Source: Bugula neritina
Lineage: Eukaryota; Animalia; Bryozoa
Assembly: GCA_964035545.1 (NCBI GenBank)
Contig: OZ037765.1
Location: 15,562,995 to 15,626,994 of the forward strand
Length of the DNA stretch: 64,000 nucleotides
Reading direction: 5' to 3'
Shown piece by piece: positions 41,222 through 54,063 of this stretch. Under the pieces are notes generated by a model. The model was not told the origin of the DNA and did not search any database. It was given only the letters and a program-made list of their open reading frames with translations. Both the position numbers and the translations under genes were made by a program. Positions within the stretch are counted from its first letter, which is position 1. The number at the start of each line of letters is the position of its first letter.

Positions 41222-42132
41222 TTATTGCGATGGTAGCCCCTCTTCTACGGTAGCTAGGCGAGTACGATCTGGAGATGGGGTCGGGATCTTACGAAGGGGA
41301 GGCACTGCTTCTTCTTCCATATCGGCATAGGTGGGTTCTTCGGGAGTATATGCAATCCCGGGTCTGTCAGATACCATCGACGATTGTTGGCGAGCATACT
41401 TCAGCACATGCTGGAACCCTGAGGTCAAGACGGCCAGCACCATCGCTTTCTTGACTAAGGGCCGTATTAGTGTTAAAAAATCTGGGTATGAGTCAGCATC
41501 CACGACGTAGTTTTCCCCCGGGAAGCATCCAGATGCTCGATGTCTAATGATTGGGTAGAGATAGACATCGTGGTGTCCGCATGGACAGAATGTCAATAGA
41601 AAAAGTGCATCCACATGCAATCTTAGAGAGCGGTGAGACGGGCTATCCTCGTAACATATTTGGCATTATGTACTTTCTTTAGGCCCCCATGCAGCCTCTA
41701 TTTTCCTCTCCGTCTCTGGTGACACCCACCGCCAACGGCAGCGCATTGGCCCGGGTAGTCCACCATTGGCGTTCTCCTCTTGGTGTGGAGCGGGAAGTGC
41801 TCGGTTCCGTACCCTGGCTGTGGCGGGTCGAGTGTAACCTAAAAGAGTGCAACAGCGTTAGTGGACTACACTGCAGTGTTGTCGGTTTTAGACAGCCTGA
41901 CAACTTCTCGTGGTTAGACACTCGCAGAGATTTATGTTAGTGAATAGTTGGAAGAGAACACATACTGCAGTGAGATTGTGAAATCTCTGAGTCAATCTAT
42001 GTTCTTACCACTGTTGTTCACTAGCCTATCTCCAGCTCAATTGACTCAGACGAGTCGGAGCTGAGTGATGCAATTAAGTTTCCATACCAAGAACATAGTT
42101 AACTCACCCCACGATCCGGTATTGTATGACAT
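41222..42132 (-). pseudogene. Gypsy D accessory ORF3 with short first exon
   Basis: ATG at 42132 gives MSYNTGSW-G|GTGAGT; downstream 'CQIC...RLHVDALFLLTFCPCGHHDV...RH...C...YVVDADSYPDF'. Confidence 0.72.
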
Positions 42133-42382
42133 ACTGAATGTTTGAGAATGGTTTGTATTAGTGACTATTGGCACGTCTGCTCTTGACTGCATCAGCGTAA
42201 GAAAAGATCGAGCAACGTAGTGGGGGTGCGTGATTATGACTTTGCACACCCGGCAGATAAATTTTATTTCTAGTTCTGCCGATGTAAAAGTTGATATTTT
42301 CGTGGTGCTGACAACTTTCACAATTGCTCGATAATTTTCCCTTACGGTTCCCCTCTAGACTTTTATACGCGCCGCTCTGTAC

Positions 42383-45300
42383 TCAGTCACATACGAAGTC
42401 CTTTAAATAGGCTGGGGGTTGTCTCAGACGCTGCCCTCGCTCTAGGGAAGGTGGCATACTCGCCGGTGGACTATTTAGTGCCACTGGCGGTGCTTCTGTT
42501 TCCTCAGTGGTGATTATTTCTTCCTGTTCTCCGGATGGAGCCCCTCCCTCCGTGGGGGTTTGCACTTCCGGAACCGGCTCGGTTTCTGGAAGTGGTGGTA
42601 TCAGACTTGGCGTTGGAGTCGGCGGGCGTACTTCTGTGAATGGAAGTGGTCGCTCGTCTCGTACCAAGTCTTCCTTCCGCAGAATGACCACTTCATACTC
42701 GGGTCCATGCCGCCGTCGCCCACGCATTGTCGTCTACCTCCTGGGCTCCAACAACGGGGAGGCTTCTCCCACTGCGTCTGGGCTAGCCCAATACGGCTTC
42801 AAGCAAGCTTCATTTTGGATGGACACTTGTCCTGAGCGCTCGATCTTGTAGGTATGGTTGGGCATAGCCTCAACTACCACGTAGGGTCCCACGAACTTAG
42901 GTTGTAATTTAGCCGCCTGTCCGCGATGCCTACGATAATTAACCATCCACACCCAATCTCCTGCTTGATAGAGGGGTGGCTTTTCAGAGTCCTCGCGCCG
43001 CACCTGCCACTGCTTCTCTCGCAGCATTTCGTGTGCGACCCTCATCCGCTCTACTAGTTCACTGGCATACTTGTGAACAGAGCTGTCTTGCTCTGGAACG
43101 TGGTAGGTAAGATGGTCAGGAACCCGAGTCTCTCCCGAGCATCAGGAGGTTTGGGGTTTCACCAGTACTAGTGTGTGGTGTGCTACGGTATGCACGCATG
43201 ACTTGCGGCAATGCCGTATCCCATTCCTCCTGACTGCGCCCGAGGAGTAGACTCTGGAGCGCATCACCTAGCATCCGGTTATTGCGCTCCACCACCCCGT
43301 TACCTTAGGGATGGTAAGGAGTGGTCCTGCTCTAATTTACTCCCCAGAGGCGGCAAAGGTCGCTCATTAGTTGAGACTGGAATTGAGCGCCTTGGTCAGA
43401 GTGTATCTGTTCAGGGAGGCCGAAGTAACAGAATGCATGTTGGTCTAGCATCCTGGCCACTGTCGGAGCCGACGCATCTGGGATCGTCAGAGCGTCTGCC
43501 CACCTGGTGAAGTGGTCGGTTAATACTAGGATCCAACTGTTGCCTCTGGGGGTTAGGGGCATGGGTCTGACCAAGTCGACAGCTACTACCTGCCACGGCC
43601 GTCCAGCATATAACCTTCGCCGTCCTGCTTCACCAGGGAGACGGCCATGCTTGCTGGCCTGGCAGATTTCACACTGCTTCACTCTGAGTCGGACATCACG
43701 TCCCATCTTGGGCCAATACCACCGGAGTTGCAATTTGGAGATCACTCTCTGGACTCCTGTGTGAGCCTGTTTGTGAGTGTCCCAAATTAACTCACAGCTT
43801 TTTCTCTCTGGGTGTCTGCCGTTGGCGGCTAAAGACATGGTCAGTAGACCATCCTGCCCGATCGTCAGCGAGTCCCAACGTTGGCAGAACAGCCTTAGTT
43901 GTTCCTTGCTGAGTCGTCGCCCTTCATTGTTGGCTTGATATATGTCTGCCACTACTCCAGGCAGCTCCTTCTGAAGCTTCCTCAGCTCCCGGACATTACC
44001 AGCTAAAACAGGGTTGGCACGGAGGTTTTGTACAACCTCCGAGGACTCGTCAACTTTCTGTTTGAGTTGACCTTGGTCCCAGTCAAACTGTGCTCCGTGG
44101 CAAGCCAGTGTCTCTAACTCACACCGTGGGAGACCTCCATTCCTCTTCTCGATGTTGAGACACTGTTTGCAACCTCTATCAGGTCGTCGGCTCAACCCGT
44201 CCGCATTGCTGTGCCTCTTACCCGGCCGGTGTTCGATCCGGTAAGAGAACTCAGCTAAGATTTCGAGCCACCGGGCAACCTGACTGGACGGTTTCGCTCT
44301 GTTGCACAACCAAATCAAGGAGGCAGTATCCGTACGCAGCCAAAACTTCCTGCCATACAGATAGGGGTCTGAAGTGCTTCACTGACTTGATTACTGCCAG
44401 CAACTCCTTGCGGGTAGTGCAATAATTTTGTTCAGTGGGTGAGAAAGACTTGCTGTAGTAAGCTACTACTACTTCTCGGCCTTCCTGCACTTGGGACAGC
44501 ACAGCGCCAACATTCTGGTCACTGGCGTCTGTGTCGAGGATGTACTCCAGAGTGGGGTCTGGGTAGGCCAAGATAGGTGCCGTCAGTAGGCAACCTTTGA
44601 GGCGGTCAAACGCCTGTTGTTCGACTGGGGTCCACTGCCACATCACTCCCTTTGCGGTGAGCCGGTTTAGCGGCTGTGCTATCCCCGCAAAGTCTGGTAT
44701 GTATTGTCTGTAATACCCTACCAGACCCAAGAAAGCCCGGAGTCCGGTCAAATCTTGGGGGGTGACCTAGTCCTCTATTGCCCGTACCATCTCGGGATCC
44801 ATTGCCACGCCGTTTCGACCGACAACGTGCCCCAGGTACTTGACCTCCGGCTGCAATAGAGCGCACTTGGAAGGTTTCAGAGTCTTCCGAAAACCTTTCG
44901 TAGACGACTGACATGTGTCTCAAAGTCTGGGGAGATCACGATGACGTCATCGAGGTAAATAAACAGTGCTCCATCAGCCTCTTGAAGGTGGCCGAGGCGG
45001 AGGTTAGCCCAAACGGCAGTACCTTCCACTTCCATAGTCCGTCGGGATTCAGAGGAACCTGCCAGTACCCGCCTAACAAGTCTAACATACTGAAGTACTT
45101 GCTACTGGCTAAGGCATTCAAGGATTCATCAATATGGGGTAAAGGGTTGGCGTCCTGTATGGTCACCCTATTGAGTTTGCGGGAATCCACACATAAACGC
45201 CAACTTCCATCTTTCTTCTAGACCAAGACGACCGGCGAGCTCCATGGAGATAAGATTCTCCTTTTGTCAGAGAGCCTTCGACTGTGGTAACTCCCCGAGC

Positions 45301-45825
45301 TAGAAATTGAAGGTGGAGTCCCAAGTCGTTGACGGATTGCACAAAGGCGTCAAAGGTATACCGCTCACGGTTAGCTTGAGGCAGATCGCTATACACAATC
45401 TGCGCCAGCTTCATCACCGTGGTGGCATGTTCTTGTAGCGGGGTGTGGGGATCACGCCGCAGCCTCTGTAGTCGGGCCCGGGCGTCTATCGCAGAGATGC
45501 CGAAACGGGCCCGTAGAGAAGCAAAGATACTATCGATGTCTGGCCCTAACCCATAGGGCTTGGCCTCATCCATCAATGACATTCTGAGCTTCAGCAGGGC
45601 CACCCTGGGTGGCCACTGAGCGACATCTATCACGTCGCTAAACTCTTGTATGAATTGTTCCACCTCCTCTTCACCCGTGAAGGTGGGTGCCTTTAACCGG
45701 TAGCGGTCTTTCTTCAGCTCTCTCGGAACTCTTCGCCCCTCTACTGCATGATTTATAGGAATAACATCATCTTTACGTTCACCTTCTACCGGCTGTGGTT
45801 GTGTTCCAGTATCTTTAGTCTCCAT
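42383..45825 (-). pseudogene. pol: Gypsy D gag and pol remnants (RT, RH, IN)
   Basis: ORFs 45163-45825, 44251-44751, 43332-44318, 42734-43045. Confidence 0.92.
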
Positions 45826-46531
45826 TATTGATGTGCACAGTATCCCACCGCTGCCACCAATGTTATAATTTTATGCTCAGGGGTTGGTGTGCAATCAAGT
45901 GACTCTTATTCAATATGCTAGATCAACTTTGCCAGTGTGATTCAAGTTAATATTAATATATTTACACACAATGATACATCACAAAAACTACAGTCATCAA
46001 AATACAATCAGCTAATCGATACGGTCTATACAGTTCACCAGACTAATTCTAACTAACTACAACGCGGGAAGCTATAACTACTAAAAAACTGTCAGCCATT
46101 CCGATTGGTTGTCTGCTGTCCCAGGTCATCCTAATGACCCCGTGCTGCACTCAGAAAGGGAATTAGCATTTCCCAATTATTGCTATGGTAGCTCTACGAG
46201 CCACCACACCAGGTCATTTTTGTGAACAGTATACAATTTTTAATTGCATTTTATAAACACTTAATTTAGATGTTTTGAAAAATACACCAGAGGATCATAA
46301 AGTTAAAATATGAAATGAATTGATGCGCTTGAAAAAAAATGCACCACTGCTTTCTAGAAGCATGCATTTTGCAAACGAACTTTCAGAACTTTACATAAGT
46401 TATAATGGTGGGATATGGACCTGTGTAATGGATATCTGTAGTGCAATTAGTATCTAGTTTGTATATCGAAAGGGTCGACTCTATGTTGTCTTATTGTGGA
46501 GGTTGACTACATCGACTCCCAGCCGACGTAC

Positions 46532-49500
46532 AGCCGAGCGACCCAGAGGGTCGTCGACAGCTGTCGACGACGGGTGGCGCCCCGTATGCTGAGGCTGTGG
46601 CAGTGGTGGGCACTTCATGCGAAGTTGCCCCCATGGTAGAGGGAGGTAGTTAAACGGCACTGGCCCACGGTAACTTCCGCCAACCGTGGGCCCCGGTTTA
46701 ACCCTCCAAGGCAGAGGCCAAGGCCCAAACCCCACCGGGTGAGGAGGCTGCCTTCGCCAGGGTGGCAAGCCCCAAGGAGAGTTAGTAGGCCGCAAGGCCC
46801 GCCAAAACCTCCGGCTTGGGCACTCAAAAACCGCTTTGAAGGTTTACCTGATGAGGGATTTCTCTCGGTTGCCCACACGAGCACCAATTTGAGAATTCAC
46901 TCGGCCGCCCGTGTGTGAGCAAGACCGAGATGTAACCTGCTTTCCCACGCGACGTCAACGACCCCCTCGCAACCGAAAAGGAGCGAAACAGGGATTTCCC
47001 TCAGTTGCCCACACGAGCATCAGTTCGAGAATTCACTCGGCCGCCCGTGTGTGAGCGAGACCGAGATGTAACCTGCTTGTCCACGCAACGTCAACGACCC
47101 CCTCGCAACCGAAAAGCACAGGTGCATCCCCAACTCCATGCACATGAGGTGTCGCCTCAAGAGACGAACCGCTCAGTGAGCGCTCAGCCATATGGAAGCA
47201 GCTATTTCCTCCCCGGCAAGCTTGCCAGAAAAGCTGTCACATTCCTGTTGGATACTGGGTGTACCACAAATATACTGAGCCGGCGTCTATTCAACACTCT
47301 CAGTGCTAAGGACAAGGCTAGCCTAGAAACATACGAAAGGGAGCACGGCACGTTGGTGGACGGGTCGTGTATTCCTTTCTATGGGGTAATCCAGTTGACT
47401 GGTAGAGCCCGTGATCAGACGATCAGCGAGACCTTCATCGTCAGTCAACTTAATGAGGACGCCATCTTGGGCATGCCATTTCTGAAGCGACACAGGTGCT
47501 ACATTGACTTTAACAAGTCGGTGGTAGTGATGGCTGGATGTGAGCTGGCCTGTGTCGACCGATTTTGCCGACCCTTGGTGGGGGGAGTGCAGGTGGTACA
47601 GCGCTGTACTGTACCTGGGCGCTCCCGTGCTACAGTTCGCTGCAGAGCGAACTGTAGGGAAATCTCCGAGCTCGGAGTGGTGGAAGGTGCACTGGGGGCG
47701 TCCAGTTCGCTGACAGTCTGAATAGACTAGATGAGCGGGGGTAGTTCCTGGTCCAGTGCGTGAATCCTTTCACGGAGCCGGTAGAATTGCTGGCTGGGTC
47801 TCTAGTGGGAAAGTTCCACTCCGTACAGGAGGTGGATGTCGGGCCCGCGCTGGAGACAGCGGACGAAGCCCGTGGGATACCCACTAGAGACGGCAGTGGG
47901 CCGGTGCCTGAACACGTGGCGGAGTTGTACGAGGATGCCTGTGATAGCTGTGAGAGCAAGCGGGAACGCCTGGTGATGGTGCGGCTACTCTCTGAGTACA
48001 AGGACGTGTTTAGTTGCGGCGACCATGACATGGGTCTGACTAAGGCTAGCTGTCATGAGATACCCCTGGCGACAGGGACGGCGCCCATCCAGTACGGGCT
48101 GTGAGGGACTGAGCTGTCCCTGTCGACCTCCCTGACCTGCGGGCATTCCTGGGACTGGTAGGGTACTATCGTCAGTACATACCAGACTTCACAGGAATTG
48201 CACAGCCGTTAAATCGGCTGACAGCAAAAGGGGTGCGATGGCAGTGGACACAGGCCGAGCAGAAGGCATTTGACCACCTGAAGGATCGCCTGGTGGAAAC
48301 ACCCATCTTGGCGTATCCTGACTCAGCGAAGGAGTACATTTTGGATACTGATGCCAGTAACCATAATGTGGGGGCTGTGTTGTCGCAAGTCCAAGATGGT
48401 CGCGAGGTGGTGGTGGCTTACTATAGTAAAGCCCTGTCGGCGCCTGAGAAGAACTACTGTACAACCAGGAGGGAACTCTTGGCAGTAGTCAAGGCGGTCA
48501 AACACTTTAGACCATATCTATATGGGCGTACGTTCTGACTACGAACGGATCATGCGTCTTTGATATGGCTGTGTCGACGGGCGGAACCATCAAGCCAAGT
48601 AGCGCGCTGGCTGGAAATCCTGGCAGAGTTTTCTTATCGGATCGAACACCGACCCGGTAAGAAACACGGTAATGCCGACGGACTCAGCCGCCGCCAGGCA
48701 GATGGGTGTAAGCAATGCCAGAATATCGAGCGCAGGGATGGTGGACCCCTTCGCTCGGATGTTGAAGAACAGTTGGGGAAAGCGGGTGTATACAGCTGGG
48801 AGGAAGGACAACTTTGGTCCGAATCCCCTAATGAGGCTGTCAACAACCTTCATGCAAACCCCGCGCTGCTCAGGAACGTCAGGGAGCTGTGTCGGCTCTA
48901 AGCCACGCTACCAGGGGTGGTGGCTGACCTAGTCCAGGCCAAGAAGGAGGGACGGCGGCCGAGTGAGGCCGAACAGCGGATGAAAAGTGCAGAGTTTAAA
49001 TACTTCTGCGACCGCTGGGACTTCTTCCGGTTTAACGGCGATGGGCTGCTAACGATAACATTGGCAGCCGGCACCAATCGCCGTGAATGAGAGAGGGTGG
49101 TTTGTCCGTCCGCTCTGAGGCGGGAGTTGATCTGGGACACCCATAAGCAAGCTCATGCAGGAGCTAGTCGGGTGACTAGGTGTCCTCAACTCTAGAGGTT
49201 TTGGCTGGGTATGACCCGGGATGTCCGACTCTGGGTGCGGAAGTGCGAGGTATGCCAAGCTAGTAAGCATGGCCGCCCCACTGAGACCGCAGGGAGGCGT
49301 CGCTTCCGTGCCGGTCGTCCGTGGCAGGTAGTTGCTGTAGATCTGGTAGGCCCCATGCCCACAACAGTGAGAGGTAATAACTGGACACCGGTATTAACTG
49401 ACCATTTCACGCAGTGGGCTGATGCACTGGCTATTCCAGATGCGTCGGCCCCCTCGGTGGCCAGAGCCTTGAATCAGCAGGTATTCTGTTATTTCGGCTT

Positions 49501-50593
49501 GCCGGAGCAGATACACTCTGATCAAAGCGCCCAGTTTCAGTCGCAACTTATGAGCGATCTCTGTAAAATGTGGGGGGTAAACCAGTCGGACGACCCCGTA
49601 TCACCCGCAAGAGAACGCGGTTGTGGAGTGGAACAACCGAATGCTAGGGGACTCACTGAGAAGCCTGCTTATGGGTAGGAGCCAGAAAGAGTGGAACTTG
49701 GTGCTGCCGCAAATCATGCGAGCTTACCGTAGTACCCCTCACTCCAGTACACTGGAGACCCCTAATTCTCTCATGCTGGGGAGAGGAACCAGGGTTCCTG
49801 AGCACGTAACCTATCATGTTCCGGCTCCCGAGAGCAACGTCCACAACTACGTGGATGAGCTCGTAAAACGCATGGGGATGGCTCACGAGGTGCTATGTGA
49901 GCAGCAATGGCAGGTCAGGAGTGGTGACTCTGATGACCCCCCCTCCCCTTGCAGAAGGTGGGAGACTGGGTCTGGATGACCAGTCATCGCCGGCGACGCG
50001 GACAGGTGGCTAAGTTGCAGTCGAAGTTCGTGGGTCCCTATTGCGTAATTGAGGTGATGCCTAATCACACCTATAAAGTGGAACGGTCTGGACAAGTGTC
50101 GGTCCAGAACGAAGCACGGCTGAAACCTTACCCTAATGCAGCAGGTCAAGCACCTCCTCTCTTAGAGCCCGCTAGACGCCCTCCTATGAGGGGGTCGAGG
50201 CATGGCGTATAAAGAGATAGAGGAGATACTGCAAGATCAGGAAGGAGCGGCCGACGCGCCGCCCGACCCGCCCCAGCCGCCTCCACCACAGGAGAAGGAG
50301 GCCACACACCGGAAGACCAGTTGGAGCCGGCCCCACCACCAGTGGAGCTGGCCGACAGGCTTATCGCCCCGGATGAGATGGAATTTCCTCAAATTCATGA
50401 GGAAGAGGCAGCTGAGAGGGGACCACCCGTACTGGTGAACCCCCCCGTACTGGCGACACCACCTATGGTGGAAGAATCACCAGCAGCAGCAAACTCTCCG
50501 GTACCGTTGGAACGTAGCCAACGTAACAGGGCGCCACCATCTTATTTGAAAGACTTGTTGTGCGACTTGGTCAACATGCACAGTATTTTGTAA
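46532..50593 (+). pseudogene. pol: Gypsy E gag end and pol remnants
   Basis: 'FLLDTGCTTN', 'LDTDASN', 'VAVDLVGP', 'HSDQ'; collinear with 53900-58500. Confidence 0.92.
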
Positions 50594-50832
50594 CACGTCG
50601 ACATGTACAAAGAAGTCTGGGGGCGAGGTTATTGATAGCATGCTGCCCAGTGGCGGATAAAATAGGTCAGCCGGGGGTCAGCAGAGCGAAGCCAACTCAA
50701 TAGCGTATAGAGTGTTACATAACCACTCTAGCTGTGAGCGCTCTTTTCAATTACAACCAGCAAACAGGCAGCACGTCTTTTGCAGTGAACAATTTGGCTA
50801 CTACGAGCCCTAAGAAAACAGATAGCAAACAT

Positions 50833-51839
50833 TATGTCTAATGCAGCAACTGTTTTGGAGGGTAAGTCTACTAAAAATTCTATATTAATCAATTAGAATT
50901 TATTCTGGTAGCGACGTCAGTCTCACTTTATCATAATGATAAAGTTGAAACTCCTAACATCAGACGATACGTCGATGATTAGAGTGGGACAGTCAGCTCA
51001 ACTGATTATGTGATCAGTGAGTGGCAGACTGTGTGACTCAGTTATCAGTATTATTTTAAAACGGGAGTCCCGCGCATAGAGTGTGATTCAGACAGTAGAT
51101 TAATTTAAATACTCTATTGCAGGTGAGGCTGAGTCTGTATTTGATGAGATACAGGCACTGCTTGTGATACACCAACTACTAACTGGGATAGCATGTCAGA
51201 GACAATCAACGGTGCGCTGAATGCAGACGGACTTTCTCAACCATGAAGCGACTAAAAATGCACATACCAAAACACTTCACTGTAACTTTCTGTCCCTGTG
51301 GAGTCCACCACTTTTACAGGGATGCTATACTGCGCCACCAAAGGACTCCGAACTGCTATGTCGGACACCTATACGAAGTCGAAGCTGACTCATATACTGA
51401 ATTTCGAGACTTGATCCTACCACATGTGACTGACCCGGACCGAAGACAGACGCTACTAGACCAGTTCCCCGCCACTCGACCGACAGTAGAGAGCGACTCA
51501 GACGCAGACCCTCAGCCCCCAGAGACCACGACAATGACACATACTTCAGACGTGACTACACAACCTCTCCGTGTTATTGTGACCCGCACTGGACGCACGG
51601 TAGCAAACGACTCACAACCCCCAACTACGACGAACTCTTACGTACCCAGTCGCACACAGAGAAAGAGGAAGAGTGCTGGTAGTACGACCAAGGAGAACAT
51701 TAGCCCTGACCAGTTCCTACTGACAGACATCAAAAAACTACAGCGACGTATGGCTCGTCTCTGTAAAGAGCCGAAAAGAGCAACTACCGAGTTGGCTAAA
51801 TTGCAGACACGACTTGAGAGACGACTGGCCAAAGAGTGA
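50833..51839 (+). pseudogene. Gypsy E accessory ORF3 (spliced, partly deleted)
   Basis: ATGTCTAATGCAGCAACTGTTTTGGAGG|GTAAGT ... CTCTATTGCAG| then 'CAECRR...HIPKHFTVTFCPCGVHHF...RHQR' and coiled-coil tail. Confidence 0.75.
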
Positions 51840-52006
51840 ACAGAAGAGCGTTCCCCCTTTCCTCCCCCCTCTTTTCCACTAGGACTGTGTGTCACCATGT
51901 AAATAGATTGTGCGTAATAGAAACTTGCTTATCTTATGTGTATACTGTGATAGATTCTCATCCTCTACTGTTCTCAAGTAACTGCGTGTGTCAGTATTAT
52001 AATTAC

Positions 52007-52520
52007 TGTGGCGTATATTTTGAATGCTGTAATTATAGCTAAGTTGGGCTAGCTTTCTAATGCCCTATTATTGTGATTGTTGTTAAAGCTTTCAGTATAA
52101 TGTAATTTTCATGAAATACGCATTTCCAGAGTTATTTTCCCTTTCTGCTATTTTATCGTTTTGCATTAATACTGATACTGGAAATTTGTGTAGTTTTTAT
52201 GAATGCCTTCAATAGGTTGTTATTATAGCTAAATTCTTGGCCTATTGAATGATTCATTCTCCTTTGTCTATTTTTCTTTTGTTACTGTCAAGCTTAACTT
52301 TCTTTTGTCTGTTGGAACATTCTAGATGTGAATTCTTGTGTATAAAAGCAGGCGAGTTTCCAGTGTAGATTCAGACTACTACTGGAGCTCGCTGGTAGTA
52401 GGACCACATAAGCTGTATCTGATGCAAATAAAGGTATCTTTCATTCGTACTCAAATACTTGGCTTATTCTCTTTAGAGCATGTAGGCACTAGTTGCATTC
52501 AAAACCCACAGTTTACTACA
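52007..52520 (+). mobile_element. Probable solo LTR in the 3' UTR of Gypsy E
   Basis: TG...CA; TATAAAAG at about 52341, AATAAA at about 52427; flanks TTAC/ATAC; absent from the equivalent region of element F. Confidence 0.55.
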
Positions 52521-53120
52521 ATACTATTCTGTCATGTATATTCTTTTTCCATTTTTTATATCTAGTTTTTGTAAATTTCTCATGCCTACTGTAATCATAG
52601 AGTGCACCTTTCGATAGGTGTGGCGAGTGTAATGGATTTCTGTAGTGCAATCAGTATCTAGTTTGTATATCGAAAGGGTCGACTCTATGTTGTCTTATTG
52701 TGGAGGTCGACTGTGATAGATTTTAGTAATGCAATTCTTATTATATTAATCGAAAAGGTTTACTCTATATTGTTTATTATCTTGTGAGTTCGACACTGTC
52801 GGAGTGTAACTATGGACAGCAGTGGCACCACTAGTAACCACCAATCACGACAGTCACACTAATTGATAGCAGGTGGAGCTAGCTACTCGTAGTTGCAGTG
52901 TGCTGAGTAGCTAGCCGGCAGAGCAGCTTGGGACTTCATTTAGAGTAGTCGTGTATTAAAGCTCACTAATTATGTAATCGTTTTCTATTCATGTTAGCAG
53001 TAAATAACCTTCTTGTATTTGTGTAAATAATAAAGTATCTTATCGTAAACAACCTGGTGCAGTGGCTTTGATTAAGTAGACCCACACATAATAATAGTGA
53101 ACTGGCAAAATTCACTACAC

Positions 53121-53140
53121 TGGTGGCAGCGGTGGGATTC
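53121..53140 (+). promoter_or_regulatory. Primer-binding site (tRNA-Leu)
   Basis: TGGTGGCAGCGGTGGGATTC one base after the LTR. Confidence 0.9.
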
Positions 53141-53174
53141 CACTTAATACAAATGCCCCTAGCCAGGGAGTAAG

Positions 53175-54044
53175 ATGGCCGACGAAGTCGTCGACGCGCC
53201 CCGACAGGAGCCAGCAGCAATAGAGGAGGATCACATAGGCGGCCCAGCGCTGCCTATGGACAGGTACCACTTGCGGGCTCCCATCTTCTCAGGAGAAGAA
53301 GATGTGGAGCAATTCATCACTGAGTTTAGTGATGTGGCGGACATCTGCGGATGGCCGAACAGGGTTACTCTGATCCAGCTGCGGTTGTGTCTGACAGGGC
53401 CGGCTAAACCCTATGGGATAAGCCAGAATGTCGGTGACATATTTGAAGCACTACGAGCTAGGTTTGGATTAACCGCTCGAGATGCTCGCGTGCAACTGCA
53501 GAGTCTTAGGAGAAATCCTAAGACCAATCTGCGAGAGCACGCTACCGTAGTCGAACGACTGGCACAAGTTGCTTACAGCGACTTGCCTGCCGACAGTCGA
53601 CAGAGCCTAGCACTGGATGCATTCCTCCAGTCTATTAACAACCTCGGTCTGAAACAGCATCTGCTGGTGGCCGAAGTTGAGACTATGGAGAGAGCTCTAA
53701 GGCTTGGGAATGCCTATTTCCAAGCCAACAGTGCAAGTCGACCTGGTGCGACAGTACAGCAGGTCGGGGCAGACGACGTGTCGACGTCGCCAGCGAAGAC
53801 AGCTGTACAGGTCGCAGCGGCAGCAGCAGACGAATCTAGCTTAACCACGAGCTTGATTCGAGAGCTGCTAGCCGAGATCAGGCAACTGCACCAGCAGGCG
53901 ACAGCCGAGAGACCCAAGAAGTCGTCGGTAGCTGTCGACGACAGGCGCGGCCCCATATGCTGGGGCTGTGGTAGTGGTGGGCACTTCCTACGAAGTTGCC
54001 CCCGCGGCAGTGGGAGGCGGTTAAACAGCGACGGCCCACGGTAA
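53175..54044 (+). CDS. gag: Gag with C-terminal CCHC knuckle
   Basis: 'APIFSGEEDVEQFI', 'LRARFG', 'CWGCGSGGHFLRSC'. Confidence 0.93.
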   Translation: MADEVVDAPRQEPAAIEEDHIGGPALPMDRYHLRAPIFSGEEDVEQFITEFSDVADICGWPNRVTLIQLRLCLTGPAKPYGISQNVGDIFEALRARFGLTARDARVQLQSLRRNPKTNLREHATVVERLAQVAYSDLPADSRQSLALDAFLQSINNLGLKQHLLVAEVETMERALRLGNAYFQANSASRPGATVQQVGADDVSTSPAKTAVQVAAAAADESSLTTSLIRELLAEIRQLHQQATAERPKKSSVAVDDRRGPICWGCGSGGHFLRSCPRGSGRRLNSDGPR

Positions 54045-54063
54045 CTTCCGCCTACCGTGGGCC
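54020..54063 (+). promoter_or_regulatory. Predicted -1 ribosomal frameshift signal (G_TTA_AAC, 6-nt spacer, 11-bp hairpin)
   Basis: pol is in the -1 frame; stem GGCCCACGGTA/TACCGTGGGCC; same layout at 46649-46692 and 62123-62166. Confidence 0.82.

Larger units (their letters stand above)
40906..46208 (-). mobile_element. Ty3/Gypsy element D (internally deleted)
   Basis: LTRs 45861-46208 and 40906-41237 (inner end truncated); TSD CCAG; tRNA-Leu PBS 45842-45859; gag joined to RT by a deletion at about 45245. Confidence 0.93.

Noticed and set aside
53121-53140. tRNA gene (also 30744, 45842, 61276 and TTCGACTCC at 14041)
   Set aside because: Only short tRNA-complementary PBS stretches or a 9-nt match; no cloverleaf
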